64,000 nucleotides of DNA from Hydrurus foetidus (GCA_900617105.1 UYFQ01000001.1:3906001-3970000), one strand, 5' to 3'. Positions 18,921 to 29,591 are shown, counted from the stretch's first letter. Made by a program: numbers and translations. The notes: generated from the sequence alone by a model not told the origin.

Positions 18921-21290
18921 TCATGGCCGCAGTGTTTGAGACATGTGCTCGACCCGCCACCAAGCGGGCAGCAGGGCTTGCACATCGGGTCGGGTGAAGC
19001 GGTCGTCCATGAGGTAAATCACGCCGGTGTCTTGCTGGGTGCGTATCACGCGACCGGCGGCTTGCACTACTTTTTGCAAGCCGGGGTACAGATAGGTGTA
19101 GTTGTAGGCTTTGTCTTTTTCTTCTTTTTCTTTTTCTTCATTTGTATCGTTGTTATCCGCGGTGTCTCGCTCAAAGTACGTCGCCATTCGGGTTTTGATT
19201 TCTTCATTAACGGCGTTGACTTGGGGCAGGCCCAGCGTGGCGATAAACGCGCCAATCAGCCGACTACCGGGCAAGTCAATTCCCTCGGCAAATGCGCCGC
19301 CCAGCACAGCAAAGCCAATGCCGCGCGACTCAAAAGTAAAGCGGTGCAAAAACTGCTCGCGGCTAGCTTCATCCATTTGCCGGGTTTGCGCCCAGGTGTT
19401 GATCTGGGGGTGGCGCTGGTTGAAATGGCTAAGTAGTTTTTGCAGGTAGTCGTAGCTGCTGGTAAAGGCCAGGTAGTTGCCAGGTGCTTTTTCATACTGC
19501 CGCGCCATCAGCTCAACGATTAACGCCATCGACTGGTCGCGGTCGCTGTAGCGAGTCGATACGTTGCGCACGGCTGCTACATACAGCTGCTCATGCGAAA
19601 ACGGCGAGGCAACGTCGATCCACGCGGTCGTGGTGGGCAACCCGAGCGTGTCTTGGTAAAACGACGGCGGGCTGAGCGTGGCAGAAAACAGTGTGACCGA
19701 ATGCGCCGCAGTAAAGCGCGGATTTAAAAAAGGCGCGGGCACGATGTTGCGAATACTCAAGCTGGCACAACCAGGCCCGCCTTGCAGCAGCGCGTTGGGC
19801 GCGGCAGCTTGGCTGTGCAGCGTCACGTCAAACATCGAATGCGCGCCAAAGCTGTCGGCCATGCGTGAAAAATGCAGCGCAGTAAAGTAAAAATTCTGCA
19901 GGTCGCTGTCTACCCGCGTTGGGTTGGCGACCAGAAAATCAGTGATGGTGGTGATGGCTTGCTGCAGCGCTTTTAAAAAATCAATGGGCAGCTCTTGAAC
20001 TACCAGGTAGTCCACCACCTGCATTTTGTGCACATCAGCAAATACCCGGTTGAGCTTGTCTAGCGCAGCGCGCACCGCCTTGGGCGCCGCCGCATGCACT
20101 GCCTGCAAATGGCTTTGGCTTAGCGCGGCTGAATACATGCTGCGGGCGCGCTCAATCATGTTGTGAGCCTCGTCTACCAGCACGCTTACCCGCCACTGCT
20201 GGTTGACTGTCATGGCGTGCAGCAGGGCGCTGGTGTCAAAGTAATAGTTGTAGTCGCCCACCACCACATCGGCCCACGTCACCATTTCTTGGGCCAGGTA
20301 ATACGGACAAATTCTGTGGGCTAGCGCCACATCTCGTGTGGCGGTTTTGTCTAGCGCGCCTGATCGGGCAGCCTCAACTGCGGCGTAGCGTGCTTGCGGC
20401 AAACGGTCATAAAAGCCCTTGGCCAGCGGGCACGAGTCGCCATGACAAGCTTTATCAAGGTGCTCGCAGGACTTGTCTCGGGCCACCATTTCAACTACCC
20501 GCAGCGCGGGGCTGGCGACGCTTTTTTCAACCAGCTCCAGCGCATCGAGTGCGAGTTTTCGGCCCGGGGTTTTGGCAGCTAAAAAAAACAGCTTGTCTAG
20601 CCGCTGCTTAGGCATGGCTTTGAGCAGCGGGAAAACAGTGCCAATGGTTTTGCCAATGCCGGTAGTAGCTTGTGCCATCAGGCACTTGCCGTTACTGGCG
20701 GTTTTGTACACCGCTTCAGCCAGCTCGCGCTGCCCGGGACGAAAGCTGCTGTGCGGAAAGGCCAGCGCGTTAAGCGCGGCGTCTCTTGCGGTGCGGTGCG
20801 CCAGCTCGCGCTCAGCCCAGGCTAAAAAAAGTTCGCACTGCGCCTCAAAATATTCTTTTAATGCTGCCGCGGTGAAGTTTTTTACCAGCGGCGATTCGTC
20901 TGCGGTGGCTATGTCAAAGTACACCAGTGCGAGGTTAATCGCGCCAAGGCTTTTGGCTTGGCAAAGCAGCCAGCCGTAAATTTTTACCTGCGCCCAGTGC
21001 AGCGCACGCTTGTTGTCGGCCATGGCGTGCAGATCGCCACGAAAGGTTTTAATTTCTTCAAGCTGATTCGCGGCGGGGTCGTAGCCGTCAGCGCGGCCCC
21101 GCACAGCCAAGGTTTTGTAGTCGCCTTGCAGGGTGACTTCAGACTGGTACTGGGCATCGCGCCGCGACACCACCACGGCGTGGCCCGCCATGCCTTCTAC
21201 GGCCGATGGTGAAGGCGTAAAACGCAAGTCCAAGTCCCCATGCTTGGCCGTGAATTCACACAGGGCGCGTACAGAAACCGAATATTTCAA
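18921..21290 (-). CDS. XPD/Rad3/DinG-family Fe-S DNA helicase with N-terminal PD-(D/E)XK nuclease-like domain
   Basis: GRADG...EEIKT...AQVKIYG nuclease-like motif; FRPGQ Q-motif; ATTGIGKT; four Cys ending ICPYY; DEAH; EGIDL; QAAGRVIR. Confidence 0.9.
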   Translation of the reverse strand: MKYSVSVRALCEFTAKHGDLDLRFTPSPSAVEGMAGHAVVVSRRDAQYQSEVTLQGDYKTLAVRGRADGYDPAANQLEEIKTFRGDLHAMADNKRALHWAQVKIYGWLLCQAKSLGAINLALVYFDIATADESPLVKNFTAAALKEYFEAQCELFLAWAERELAHRTARDAALNALAFPHSSFRPGQRELAEAVYKTASNGKCLMAQATTGIGKTIGTVFPLLKAMPKQRLDKLFFLAAKTPGRKLALDALELVEKSVASPALRVVEMVARDKSCEHLDKACHGDSCPLAKGFYDRLPQARYAAVEAARSGALDKTATRDVALAHRICPYYLAQEMVTWADVVVGDYNYYFDTSALLHAMTVNQQWRVSVLVDEAHNMIERARSMYSAALSQSHLQAVHAAAPKAVRAALDKLNRVFADVHKMQVVDYLVVQELPIDFLKALQQAITTITDFLVANPTRVDSDLQNFYFTALHFSRMADSFGAHSMFDVTLHSQAAAPNALLQGGPGCASLSIRNIVPAPFLNPRFTAAHSVTLFSATLSPPSFYQDTLGLPTTTAWIDVASPFSHEQLYVAAVRNVSTRYSDRDQSMALIVELMARQYEKAPGNYLAFTSSYDYLQKLLSHFNQRHPQINTWAQTRQMDEASREQFLHRFTFESRGIGFAVLGGAFAEGIDLPGSRLIGAFIATLGLPQVNAVNEEIKTRMATYFERDTADNNDTNEEKEKEEKDKAYNYTYLYPGLQKVVQAAGRVIRTQQDTGVIYLMDDRFTRPDVQALLPAWWRVEHMSQTLRP

Positions 21291-21429
21291 GTGTTTTAGG
21301 GGTTTTAGTCAAGTAATATGGGCGCGAGCAGCTATAAATATAATAGCTTTTAATCTTTCATTTTACGTCGCGGCTTAGCCCGCCAACACGCGGCACACGA
21401 GGGCCAGGTGGTTAAGGTAACCTCTATTG

Positions 21430-22692
21430 ATGCCTTCTGTAAATTCAAAAAAATCTGACCGCCCCTTTGACGTCGTGCTGTACGGCGCTACTGGTTTTGT
21501 TGGCCGCCAAACGGTTGCTTATTTTGCGCAGTCTCCAGCGGTGGTTGCCAGCAACTTGCGCTGGGCGCTGGCTGGGCGCAATGCGGCCAAGCTGGAGCAA
21601 GTCAAGCAGGCCTGTCCGGGCGCGCAAAATGCCGGCGTTGTCGTTGCGGCGGCAGATGATGTGAAAGCCCTGAACGCACTGGCCAAAAGTTGCCGCGTGG
21701 TGTTGTCTACCGCTGGCCCGTTTTCGCTTTACGGCAGCGAGCTGGTGGCGGCTTGCGTTCGGCATGGCACGCATTATGTTGACATCACCGGCGAAACGCC
21801 GTGGGCGGCCAACATGATCGCCCAGCACCACGAAGCCGCTTTAAAAAGCGGTACCCGAATCATTCCGTTTTGCGGGTTTGACTCGGTGCCTTCAGACCTG
21901 GGCACATGGATGATGGTGCAGGCCATGCAGCAGCGCTTTAGCAAGCCGTGCAGCAGCTTGAAGGCCGCGTTCAGTTTGACTGGCGGGGTGAACGGCGGCA
22001 CGCTGGCGTCCATGTTCAACATCATCGGCAGCGAAAACGCTAACGCCGTGGCAGAGTTGTTTTTGCTTAACCCGGGCAAACCCAAAAACCGCGACACCCC
22101 GCCTGCGACGCTTACGGCCAATGCAGACCCCGTCGCGCCCCACCATGACGCGCGCTTGAAGGCCTGGCTGATGCCGTTTTTCATGAGCGTGATCAACACC
22201 CGCGTGGTCAGGCGAAGTGCGGCGATGTTGGGCGATGCAGCAGGCTACCCGCCTGAGTTTCATTACCAGGAATACTTGCGGGTCGGCAGTGGGCTGGTGG
22301 CGGGGGCAGCAGCGGCAACCATTAGCACCGGCATGGCGGTTTCGCAATTGGCCCTTAAAGTGAATTCGGTACGCAAACTAGCGGCCGCGCTGGCACCCAA
22401 GCCGGGCTCTGGGCCGTCTGAAGCGCGGATGGACGGCGGGTCATTTCGCTGCGAGCTGATTGCCACCAGTGCAGATGGCGACGTGCTGCGTGGGCGCGTA
22501 GCAGACCGCGGCGACCCGGGCAACCGCGCCACTACCAAAATGGTGTGTGAGGCGGCGTTGTGCCTGGCGCTTGAGCAAGCTGAGTTGCCCGGCGGCCCGA
22601 CCTATGGCGGGGTATTAACGCCAGCTGCGGGGCTGGGCGATGTGTTGGTTGGTCGGCTGCGTGCTGCCGGTATGACTTGGGTGGTGGACTGA
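21430..22692 (+). CDS. Saccharopine dehydrogenase-like NAD(P)-binding oxidoreductase (trans-acting enoyl reductase family)
   Basis: VVLYGATGFVG, ALAGRN, TAGPF..YG, HYVDITGE, CGFDSVPSDLG, GGVLTPA. Confidence 0.9.
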   Translation: MPSVNSKKSDRPFDVVLYGATGFVGRQTVAYFAQSPAVVASNLRWALAGRNAAKLEQVKQACPGAQNAGVVVAAADDVKALNALAKSCRVVLSTAGPFSLYGSELVAACVRHGTHYVDITGETPWAANMIAQHHEAALKSGTRIIPFCGFDSVPSDLGTWMMVQAMQQRFSKPCSSLKAAFSLTGGVNGGTLASMFNIIGSENANAVAELFLLNPGKPKNRDTPPATLTANADPVAPHHDARLKAWLMPFFMSVINTRVVRRSAAMLGDAAGYPPEFHYQEYLRVGSGLVAGAAAATISTGMAVSQLALKVNSVRKLAAALAPKPGSGPSEARMDGGSFRCELIATSADGDVLRGRVADRGDPGNRATTKMVCEAALCLALEQAELPGGPTYGGVLTPAAGLGDVLVGRLRAAGMTWVVD

Positions 22693-22754
22693 ATCAATTG
22701 GGTTGATTCAGGTTGCACGATGCGTTGGCAGCCCCATTGCGCTTGCCGCTGCGC

Positions 22755-22964
22755 TCACTGAAAGGCAGCTACCGGCACCGCCACATCAACCACGGCCAAG
22801 GCAGCGGGCATTTTTCCGTACACCTCTGCAGTTATTAAAACCGCAGCAGCGGCAATTGCCGCCAAAACGCCCGCTACGTAAAAGTAAAACGGCAGCACTG
22901 CCCGTGCTGGTTTTTTAGCTTTCCGTAATTGCCGGTTTGATGCGCTGGCTGATTTTGAAGACAT
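22755..22964 (-). CDS. Putative small membrane protein
   Basis: 69 aa, basic N-terminus then a hydrophobic segment; AGGA upstream of the ATG. Confidence 0.4.
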   Translation of the reverse strand: MSSKSASASNRQLRKAKKPARAVLPFYFYVAGVLAAIAAAAVLITAEVYGKMPAALAVVDVAVPVAAFQ

Positions 22965-23205
22965 ACAACGTTCCTGATGACAGAGTCGCGTTTTTAGGTC
23001 AAACCGTATTTCAACGTATCTCGCTGCTGCTGGCGAGCGATTTTGCAAGTCTTTGCAATGGTTTACACCTCAGACACCTCAGCTGCTGCCACCTGGATTT
23101 TTAAACGTCACTGGGCTGTCATGATGCATGACTACAGTCGCTTGACCGCGTAAGTTGGCATGCTCAACGACACAAAATGTCACTATTCAATACAAAGGAC
23201 ACCCC

Positions 23206-24471
23206 GTGAATCATTCACTTGCAGAACGCCAAGCTGGTCTGCCGAGCCGCTTCGCATTAAGGATGGCTGTGGGCTTGGTTGGTCTGGCCAGCGCTGCCAC
23301 AACCATCGCGCAAAACGCGCCGGCGCCGGCTGCGGTGCAGGTCGGTGAGCGCCCGTACTTTCTGGTCGCCGACATGTTGGCCAGCCCGTTAAAAGACAAA
23401 CTCCAAAGCTGCGGCAACGGGCCCTTCACCAAAACCAGTTTTTCAATTGGTCACCGCGGTGCGGCGCTGCTGTTCCCCGAGCACACCCGCCAGTCGTACG
23501 AGGCAGCTGCCCGCATGGGCGCGGGTGTGGTGGAATGCGACGTTACCTTCACCAAAGACAAAGCCTTGGTGTGCCGCCATGCGCAAAACGATTTGCACAC
23601 CACCACCAATATTTTGGCTACACCGCTTGCAGCCAAGTGCACCAAAGGGTTTACGCCGCATGACCCCGCGACCGACACACCGGCATCGGCTGAATGCCGC
23701 ACCAGTGACATCACGCTGGCTGAATTTAAAACCTTGCGTGGCAAGATGGACGCGGCCAACACCAAAGCAAAAACAGTTGCCGAATACATGGCGGGCACGG
23801 CCAGCTGGCGCAGCGATTTGTACAGCGGCGCCACCAGCGGCACGCTGATGACGCATGCTGAAAGCATTGCATTGTTCAAACAACTTCGGGTAAAAATGAC
23901 GCCCGAATTGAAATCGGCGGCGGTGACTATGCCATTTGATGGCTTTACACAAGAAAACTATGCACAAAAAATGATTGACGAATACAAGGCTGCCAACGTG
24001 CCGGCCAGCGATGTTTTTGCCCAGTCGTTTAACAAGGCTGACATCTTGTACTGGATCAAAAACGAGGGCGCTTTTGGCAAGCAGGCCGTGTTTTTAGACA
24101 GCGCTGAAAAAGCCGCTGACTTGCCAAGCCTGGACATGCTGCAAAGCTACAAAAAAGACGGCATTCAAATCGTCGCGCCGCCCATTTTCGCGTTGCTGGA
24201 CAACAAAGATGGTTCTCTGGTGCCCTCAAGCTATGCCAAAAATGCCAGGCAAGCAGGCTTGGACATCATCACCTGGAGCCTGGAACGTTCTGGCGTTCTT
24301 GCCAATGGCAACCCGGGCTGGTATTACCAAACGGTGGCCCCGCTGATCAAACGCGAGGGCGACACCATGCACGTGCTTGACGTGTTGGCTAAAGACGTTG
24401 GCATCAAGGGTATTTTTTCTGACTGGCCCGCCACCACGACTTACTACGCCAACTGCATGGGGCTAAAGTAG
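23206..24471 (+). CDS. Glycerophosphodiester phosphodiesterase (GDPD), exported
   Basis: [35 protein letters not shown] start after AAGGA. Confidence 0.92.
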   Translation: MNHSLAERQAGLPSRFALRMAVGLVGLASAATTIAQNAPAPAAVQVGERPYFLVADMLASPLKDKLQSCGNGPFTKTSFSIGHRGAALLFPEHTRQSYEAAARMGAGVVECDVTFTKDKALVCRHAQNDLHTTTNILATPLAAKCTKGFTPHDPATDTPASAECRTSDITLAEFKTLRGKMDAANTKAKTVAEYMAGTASWRSDLYSGATSGTLMTHAESIALFKQLRVKMTPELKSAAVTMPFDGFTQENYAQKMIDEYKAANVPASDVFAQSFNKADILYWIKNEGAFGKQAVFLDSAEKAADLPSLDMLQSYKKDGIQIVAPPIFALLDNKDGSLVPSSYAKNARQAGLDIITWSLERSGVLANGNPGWYYQTVAPLIKREGDTMHVLDVLAKDVGIKGIFSDWPATTTYYANCMGLK

Positions 24472-24516
24472 GGCGCCAAACTCATCCATGGCGCCATCAG
24501 TCGAGCCTTGCGCGGG

Positions 24517-24591
24517 TTAGCGCAGGCCGAAAAAGCTGAGCACAATGCCGATAACTACAACCAGGCCGACGATATAAATAATGCTGTTCAT
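24517..24591 (-). CDS. 24-aa single-TM microprotein
   Basis: Hand translation MNSIIYIVGLVVVIGIVLSFFGLR*; co-oriented just downstream of 24634..25125. Confidence 0.7.
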   Translation of the reverse strand: MNSIIYIVGLVVVIGIVLSFFGLR

Positions 24592-24633
24592 AAAAGTTCT
24601 TTCGTACTTAAGTTAAAGGAAGTTTCAGCGGGC

Positions 24634-25125
24634 TTATTTAGCCGCTGGAATTAAAATAATGCTGTCAGTTTTGGTCTGCGGCTGAATGGTGACGTTTTCT
24701 TGATTCGCAGGCAAGACAACGCTTTCAATTTCAGTGATCACGCCGCCGCCCGCTGCGCTGCCGCTTGCATTGCCCAGGCCGCCCACGCGCGCCTCACAGG
24801 CCGCTTTGTCTGCACCTTTGAAGGCGTTGCAGCGCATCAGTGCGTTGGCCTTGAACTGACCGCCTGCGTTATCGACCTTGCCGGCACGTTTGGCAGCGTT
24901 TGCGTTGCGCACCTCGGTCATGCAGGTTTCGCGGCTTTGCTGGGTTGCGCCGCTTTTGCAAGCCGCCATTTCGCTGGCGGCGTTGCCAGTGGCATCAATC
25001 CCGGTAGTCCCCGTGGCTATTTGGGCAATTGCCGACACCGCCAGCACGGCCGCGCCTAAAAACGCGGCAACAGACTTGGCTACGCCGTACTTTGGAACGG
25101 TTCTTATCGTGTGCGCTTGAGTCAT
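24634..25125 (-). CDS. Hypothetical exported protein with two Cys pairs
   Basis: GGAG RBS before ATG 25125; signal peptide ending AIA-Q; C-x10-C twice. Confidence 0.7.
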   Translation of the reverse strand: MTQAHTIRTVPKYGVAKSVAAFLGAAVLAVSAIAQIATGTTGIDATGNAASEMAACKSGATQQSRETCMTEVRNANAAKRAGKVDNAGGQFKANALMRCNAFKGADKAACEARVGGLGNASGSAAGGGVITEIESVVLPANQENVTIQPQTKTDSIILIPAAK

Positions 25126-25380
25126 GGTTACTCTCCGGTAGTCAGGTTTGCTTGCACCGGCACATTTACCGACGCATGCTCTCAGCTTAAAAAGAGTTCG
25201 GTTTGGTTGCTGCAAGGCAATAGCGCGCGTCATGCGCCCAGAGCAGCCTGGCAGCTTGTAGGACGCTGCCCTGTACAGGCAACACAGAGTTAGGCTAAGG
25301 TGCCAAACTGCTATTAATAAAAGAGCTGCTCGCGCCGGAATATATTGGGCTTAGAGCGACAAGTACCAAGTTTTAAGGCC

Positions 25381-26673
25381 CTAAAACCCAAGCTTGTTGG
25401 CCGCTGCGGTCAGCTCTGCCTTGAAGTTCGGGTGCGCAATGGCAATCAACGCTCTGGCGCGCTGGCCGGCTGATTTGCCGCGCAGTTGCGCCACACCAAA
25501 CTCGGTCACGACGTAGTTGATGTCGTTTTTGCTGGTGGTGACGTGCGTGCCGGGGCTAAGCACAGGTACGATGCGTGAAATGGTGTCGTCTTTGGCGGTA
25601 GACGGCAACACAATAAAGGCTTTTCCGCCGCGCGAGCGGTTGGCTGCGCGCACAAAATCGGCTTGCCCGCCCGTGCCTGAATACGGCGTTTGCCCCAAAC
25701 TTTCTGAGCCGCACTGGCCCATCAAATCAATCTGCAGCGTGGCGTTGATGGCGTGGAGGTTGTCGTTGCGGCTGGCCAGGTACGGGTCGTTGGTGAAGTC
25801 AACCGGGTGAATCTCAACGCCCGGGTTGCGGTCAAGGTAGCGGTACAGCTTGGCTGAGCCCAGCGCAAATGTGGCAATGCACTTGCCGGGCAAATAGTTT
25901 TTACGCCGGTTGGTTACGGCGCCGCTTTCAATCAGCGTCATGATGCCGTCGCCAATCATTTCGGTGTGAATGCCCAAGTCGTGCTTGCCTGTTAGTTGCA
26001 TCACTACCGCGTCAGGTATGCCGCCGTAGCCAATTTGCAGAGTTGAGCCGTCGTCAATCATGTCGGCAACGTATTTGCCAATGGCTACCTGCACGGGGCC
26101 AATTTTGGGCAGGCCCACCTCTATGACCGGCTCGGTGCTTTCAACCAGCGCCGTGACTTGCGAGATATGCACATGACAGTTGCCGTACGCAAACGGCACA
26201 TTCGGGTTGACCTCCAGCACCACCGCGCGCGCTTTGGCGACGGCGGCCAACGTGTAGTCAGTGCCCAGGCTGAGTGAGAAGTAGCCGTGCGCGTCCATCG
26301 GTGACGCCATTGAAAACACCACGTCGGCCGGGATCAGCCCGCGCTCAATCAATTGCGGCATTTCAGAAAAATAACTTGGCACAAAATCAATCCAGCCTTC
26401 TTTGCCGCCAGCACGGGTGGCTGAGCCAAAAAAGTAAGCCACGTTGCGGATGTTGGCCACCGTGATGGGGTCAATGTAGGCGTATTTGCGCATGCCTAAA
26501 ATTTGGCTGACCTTCACGTCCTTGAAGTTCAACCGCTGCTCAGACAGCGCTGTTAGCAGCGCGGGCGGCTCTCCGACGCCGCTGGGCACCACGATGCAGT
26601 CACCGTTGTTAACGAGCTTGACGGCATATGCGGCCACCATGCGTTTGCTGGTGTACTGTTGGGTAACTGACAT
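25381..26673 (-). CDS. Acetyl-CoA hydrolase/transferase family (4-hydroxybutyrate CoA-transferase-like)
   Basis: DGSTLQIGYGGIP, LGIHTEM, YSGTGGQADF, YVVTEFGVAQLRGK, IAHP. Confidence 0.93.
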   Translation of the reverse strand: MSVTQQYTSKRMVAAYAVKLVNNGDCIVVPSGVGEPPALLTALSEQRLNFKDVKVSQILGMRKYAYIDPITVANIRNVAYFFGSATRAGGKEGWIDFVPSYFSEMPQLIERGLIPADVVFSMASPMDAHGYFSLSLGTDYTLAAVAKARAVVLEVNPNVPFAYGNCHVHISQVTALVESTEPVIEVGLPKIGPVQVAIGKYVADMIDDGSTLQIGYGGIPDAVVMQLTGKHDLGIHTEMIGDGIMTLIESGAVTNRRKNYLPGKCIATFALGSAKLYRYLDRNPGVEIHPVDFTNDPYLASRNDNLHAINATLQIDLMGQCGSESLGQTPYSGTGGQADFVRAANRSRGGKAFIVLPSTAKDDTISRIVPVLSPGTHVTTSKNDINYVVTEFGVAQLRGKSAGQRARALIAIAHPNFKAELTAAANKLGF

Positions 26674-26760
26674 GGCGGCCTTGTGGTGTTGTCTCGGGGA
26701 AGTAGGTAGCTTGGCGGTGTAGCCGGCAAGCCTGTTCATCATATCTGCGCTGGTGCAGCG

Positions 26761-27603
26761 CTAGGTGGTCCACACGCGGGGAGCGTCCCCCGTTAAGTCC
26801 CACAACTGCGCACGCCACGCCGCCCGCACTTGTTTGAGCAAGTGCATCACGGGTTCCACCACTGGGGCCAGTACGCGCACCACCACTACTCGCCGGTCAG
26901 GGCTGGTGGCGCCAGCGCTTTGGCAAAGTGCGTGCTCGGCCATCACAGCGCGCGCCGCATCAAGGGCACGCTGGCGGCGGGCCCGCTCAAGCTCAAGGCC
27001 AGTGGCAAAAAACAGTGTGCCCATGCAGCGCTGCCCGGCCAAGCCCAGCGGGCTGTTCAACAGCAAATCGTCTGCGGCCTTGATGCGAGCGCGTTCCAGC
27101 CACACACCCGGTATGTCGAGGTGCTGGCTAAAGCTGCCTGCTGCAAACGGCTGCTGGGCGGCAGGCAAGCCAAAGGCAGTCACGTCCCAGCCCAATAGCT
27201 CAGCACCGGGGGCCAGCGCCATCGTTACGCGGTTTTCAGCCAGGCAACCGCTGTAGGCAATTGACTCCAGTGGCAACCATTCCATGCGCGCGTTGTCGGC
27301 AACAGTTATCGCAGTGCGCTGGGTGGCCAGCTCGCCATCAGAGCGATAAAACCGGGTGGCTCCGGGCGTGGTCAGCAAGCCGTGTGCGCCACTTGCAACA
27401 TTGATCGTCAAGTCCAGTGTGTCGCCGCCTACCAATCCACCGGGCGGGTGCACCAGTACGTTGTGGCAAATTTGCTCACCCTCGGGGTACAGACTTTGCA
27501 AAATACGCAGCGGGCCGCTGTGATGAAAGTGGGCAACGGTTTTGCTGCCGCGCGGTGATGGACGGGCAGAGTAGTTCAGTTGCAAAGATGCATGCCAAGC
27601 CAT
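26761..27603 (-). CDS. ureD: Urease accessory protein UreD
   Basis: MAWHASLQL, GPLRILQSLYPEG, HPPGGLVGGD, TTPGATRFYRS, EWLP, PRVW. Confidence 0.95.
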   Translation of the reverse strand: MAWHASLQLNYSARPSPRGSKTVAHFHHSGPLRILQSLYPEGEQICHNVLVHPPGGLVGGDTLDLTINVASGAHGLLTTPGATRFYRSDGELATQRTAITVADNARMEWLPLESIAYSGCLAENRVTMALAPGAELLGWDVTAFGLPAAQQPFAAGSFSQHLDIPGVWLERARIKAADDLLLNSPLGLAGQRCMGTLFFATGLELERARRQRALDAARAVMAEHALCQSAGATSPDRRVVVVRVLAPVVEPVMHLLKQVRAAWRAQLWDLTGDAPRVWTT

Positions 27604-27824
27604 GTGAAAAGTGTAGCCGCGGTGTGGCGTGCTGCTAAATGCTATTTAAATATGAGCTGCTCGCGCCCGTGCTCATTAGGTTTTAAGATCAATTTAATTC
27701 TGTTTACCGGCTAAAAAATGCAGATTCACACCAATGGAGTTGACGCCTGCACAACAGGCCGCGGCGAAAGCGGTTCAACCTTCGACTGGCGCGATCGGCC
27801 AATCGCGTGAATCGGTTGTTGAAT

Positions 27825-28592
27825 TTAGTCGTTGTTGGTACTGCGATGTGCCCACTGTGTAGTGTGCTTTTCAATGTAGCTGAACAGCTCATACATCAAC
27901 ATCGCCATCGCACCCACTACCACCAGGCCGCTGAAGGCCAAGCCCATTTGCATCGATGACCCGGCCGAGATCAAGAGGTAGCCGATGCCTTCGTTGGCGG
28001 CGGTCATCTCGCTGACTGTGGTGCCGACGAAAGCCAGTGTGATCGCCACCTTCAACGAACCATAAAAATACGGCATGGAGCGCGGCAGGCCGACTTTGAC
28101 CAGCACGTCCCAGCGCTTGGCGCCTAGTACGCGCAGCACGTCCTCTAACTCTGGCTCCAACGTTGCCAAGCCAGTGGCGATGTTGACCATGATGGGGAAA
28201 AAGCAGATGAGAAAAGCCGTCAAAATCGCCGGGCCGATGCCGATGCCAAACCAGACCACCAAAATCGGCACGAAGGCGGCTTTCGGCAGGGCGTTGAAAG
28301 CCGTCATCAGCGGGTACACGGCCGCATAGGCCATGCGTGATGAGCCGACCACAAAGCCCAGCAGCACACCCACCACAATCGCGATGCCAAACCCGACCAT
28401 GGTGACCCAATACGTACGCCAGGCGTGGCCCAAAATGACCTCTTTGAATTCCCAGGTTTGATTGGCAATACGCAGCGGGCTGGGAAAGATGAACTCAGAC
28501 ACCTTGAACACGGTGCAGATGGTTTGCCACACTACCAGGATGATGACGAGCAGCACCCAAGGCGCCCAGAATTGAAGTTTTTTATTGTTCAT
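27825..28592 (-). CDS. ABC transporter permease (NitT/TauT family)
   Basis: FPSP, PKAAFVPILVVWFG, FFPI, EAA-like LRVLGA, GIGYLL. Confidence 0.93.
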   Translation of the reverse strand: MNNKKLQFWAPWVLLVIILVVWQTICTVFKVSEFIFPSPLRIANQTWEFKEVILGHAWRTYWVTMVGFGIAIVVGVLLGFVVGSSRMAYAAVYPLMTAFNALPKAAFVPILVVWFGIGIGPAILTAFLICFFPIMVNIATGLATLEPELEDVLRVLGAKRWDVLVKVGLPRSMPYFYGSLKVAITLAFVGTTVSEMTAANEGIGYLLISAGSSMQMGLAFSGLVVVGAMAMLMYELFSYIEKHTTQWAHRSTNND

Positions 28593-28604
28593 GGCTCGGC
28601 TTGG

Positions 28605-29429
28605 TTAAGTAACTGCAGCGGTTTTACGCATCGCGCCAATGTGCCCACGCAGCTCATGCACGATGTCTGAAAACTCTTTGGTGTAGGTCACTTCCAGGTC
28701 GCGCGGGCGGGGCAGGTCAATTTCTTTTTTCACCACAAAGCGGCCTGGGCTTTTGCTCATCACGTACACGGTGTCGGCCAAAAATACCGACTCACGCAGG
28801 TCGTGGGTGACCAAAATCACGTTGAATTTTTGTACCATCCACAGGTCGCGCAAAATGCACCACAGCTCTTCACGGGTGAAGGCATCTAACGCGCCGAACG
28901 GCTCGTCAAGTAGCAGCATTTTGGGTTCATGAATCAACGCGCGGCAAATGCTGGCGCGCTGCTGCATGCCGCCTGACAACTGCCAGGGGAACTTGTCGCC
29001 ATAGCCCGCCAAGCCAACGCTATCGAGTAGTTTCAACGCACGTTCTGTGTATTCTTTACGTTTGGCTTTGAAGTTGCTGCGGTAGGGTTCAACAATTTCG
29101 AGTGGCAGCAACACGTTGTCTAGCGTGGTGCGCCACGGCAACAGCGACGGCGCTTGAAACGCCATACCGGAAATCTTCAAAGGTCCGGTCACAGGTTGGC
29201 CGTCGATCAAGATTTTGCCAATCGACGGCATCTTCAAGCCCGTGGCCAGCTTCATGAAGGTTGATTTGCCGCAACCCGACGGGCCGACGATGGCGATGAA
29301 CTCGCCTTGCTTGACCTTCAGGTCGATAGCTTCAACAGCGAATTGCTTTTTGGCTAAAAATTCGTCGTTGTAGGCCAGCCAGACATCCGAGAAGTCGACA
29401 AAAGGCTTTGAGGTGTCGATTTGAGGCAT
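28605..29429 (-). CDS. ABC transporter ATPase (NitT/TauT family)
   Basis: GPSGCGKST, LSGGMQQR, LLDEPFGALD, VTHD, LPRPR. Confidence 0.95.
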   Translation of the reverse strand: MPQIDTSKPFVDFSDVWLAYNDEFLAKKQFAVEAIDLKVKQGEFIAIVGPSGCGKSTFMKLATGLKMPSIGKILIDGQPVTGPLKISGMAFQAPSLLPWRTTLDNVLLPLEIVEPYRSNFKAKRKEYTERALKLLDSVGLAGYGDKFPWQLSGGMQQRASICRALIHEPKMLLLDEPFGALDAFTREELWCILRDLWMVQKFNVILVTHDLRESVFLADTVYVMSKSPGRFVVKKEIDLPRPRDLEVTYTKEFSDIVHELRGHIGAMRKTAAVT

Positions 29430-29531
29430 TTTTACCTGTTAAAAAGGCTTGTAGCCCAATAAAATAGAGCGCAAGCAGCTACTGAATAAATAGCAATTCA
29501 CGCTCGCGCAGAAAGCGATCAATTTCGGGGA

Positions 29532-29558
29532 TGGATTGCGGGTCTAGCCCGCAACGAC
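29532..29558. repeat. REP-like hairpin between the SBP and ATPase genes
   Basis: TGGA-TTGCGGG-tctag-CCCGCAA-CGAC; single copy in the window. Confidence 0.5.
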
Positions 29559-29591
29559 AACTCATGGGAACCTGGGTGGCAAAAAACGCAG

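Noticed and set aside
19110..19150. T-rich tract as a phase-variable repeat or terminator
   Set aside because: Imperfect, in frame, and encodes a charged loop of the helicase
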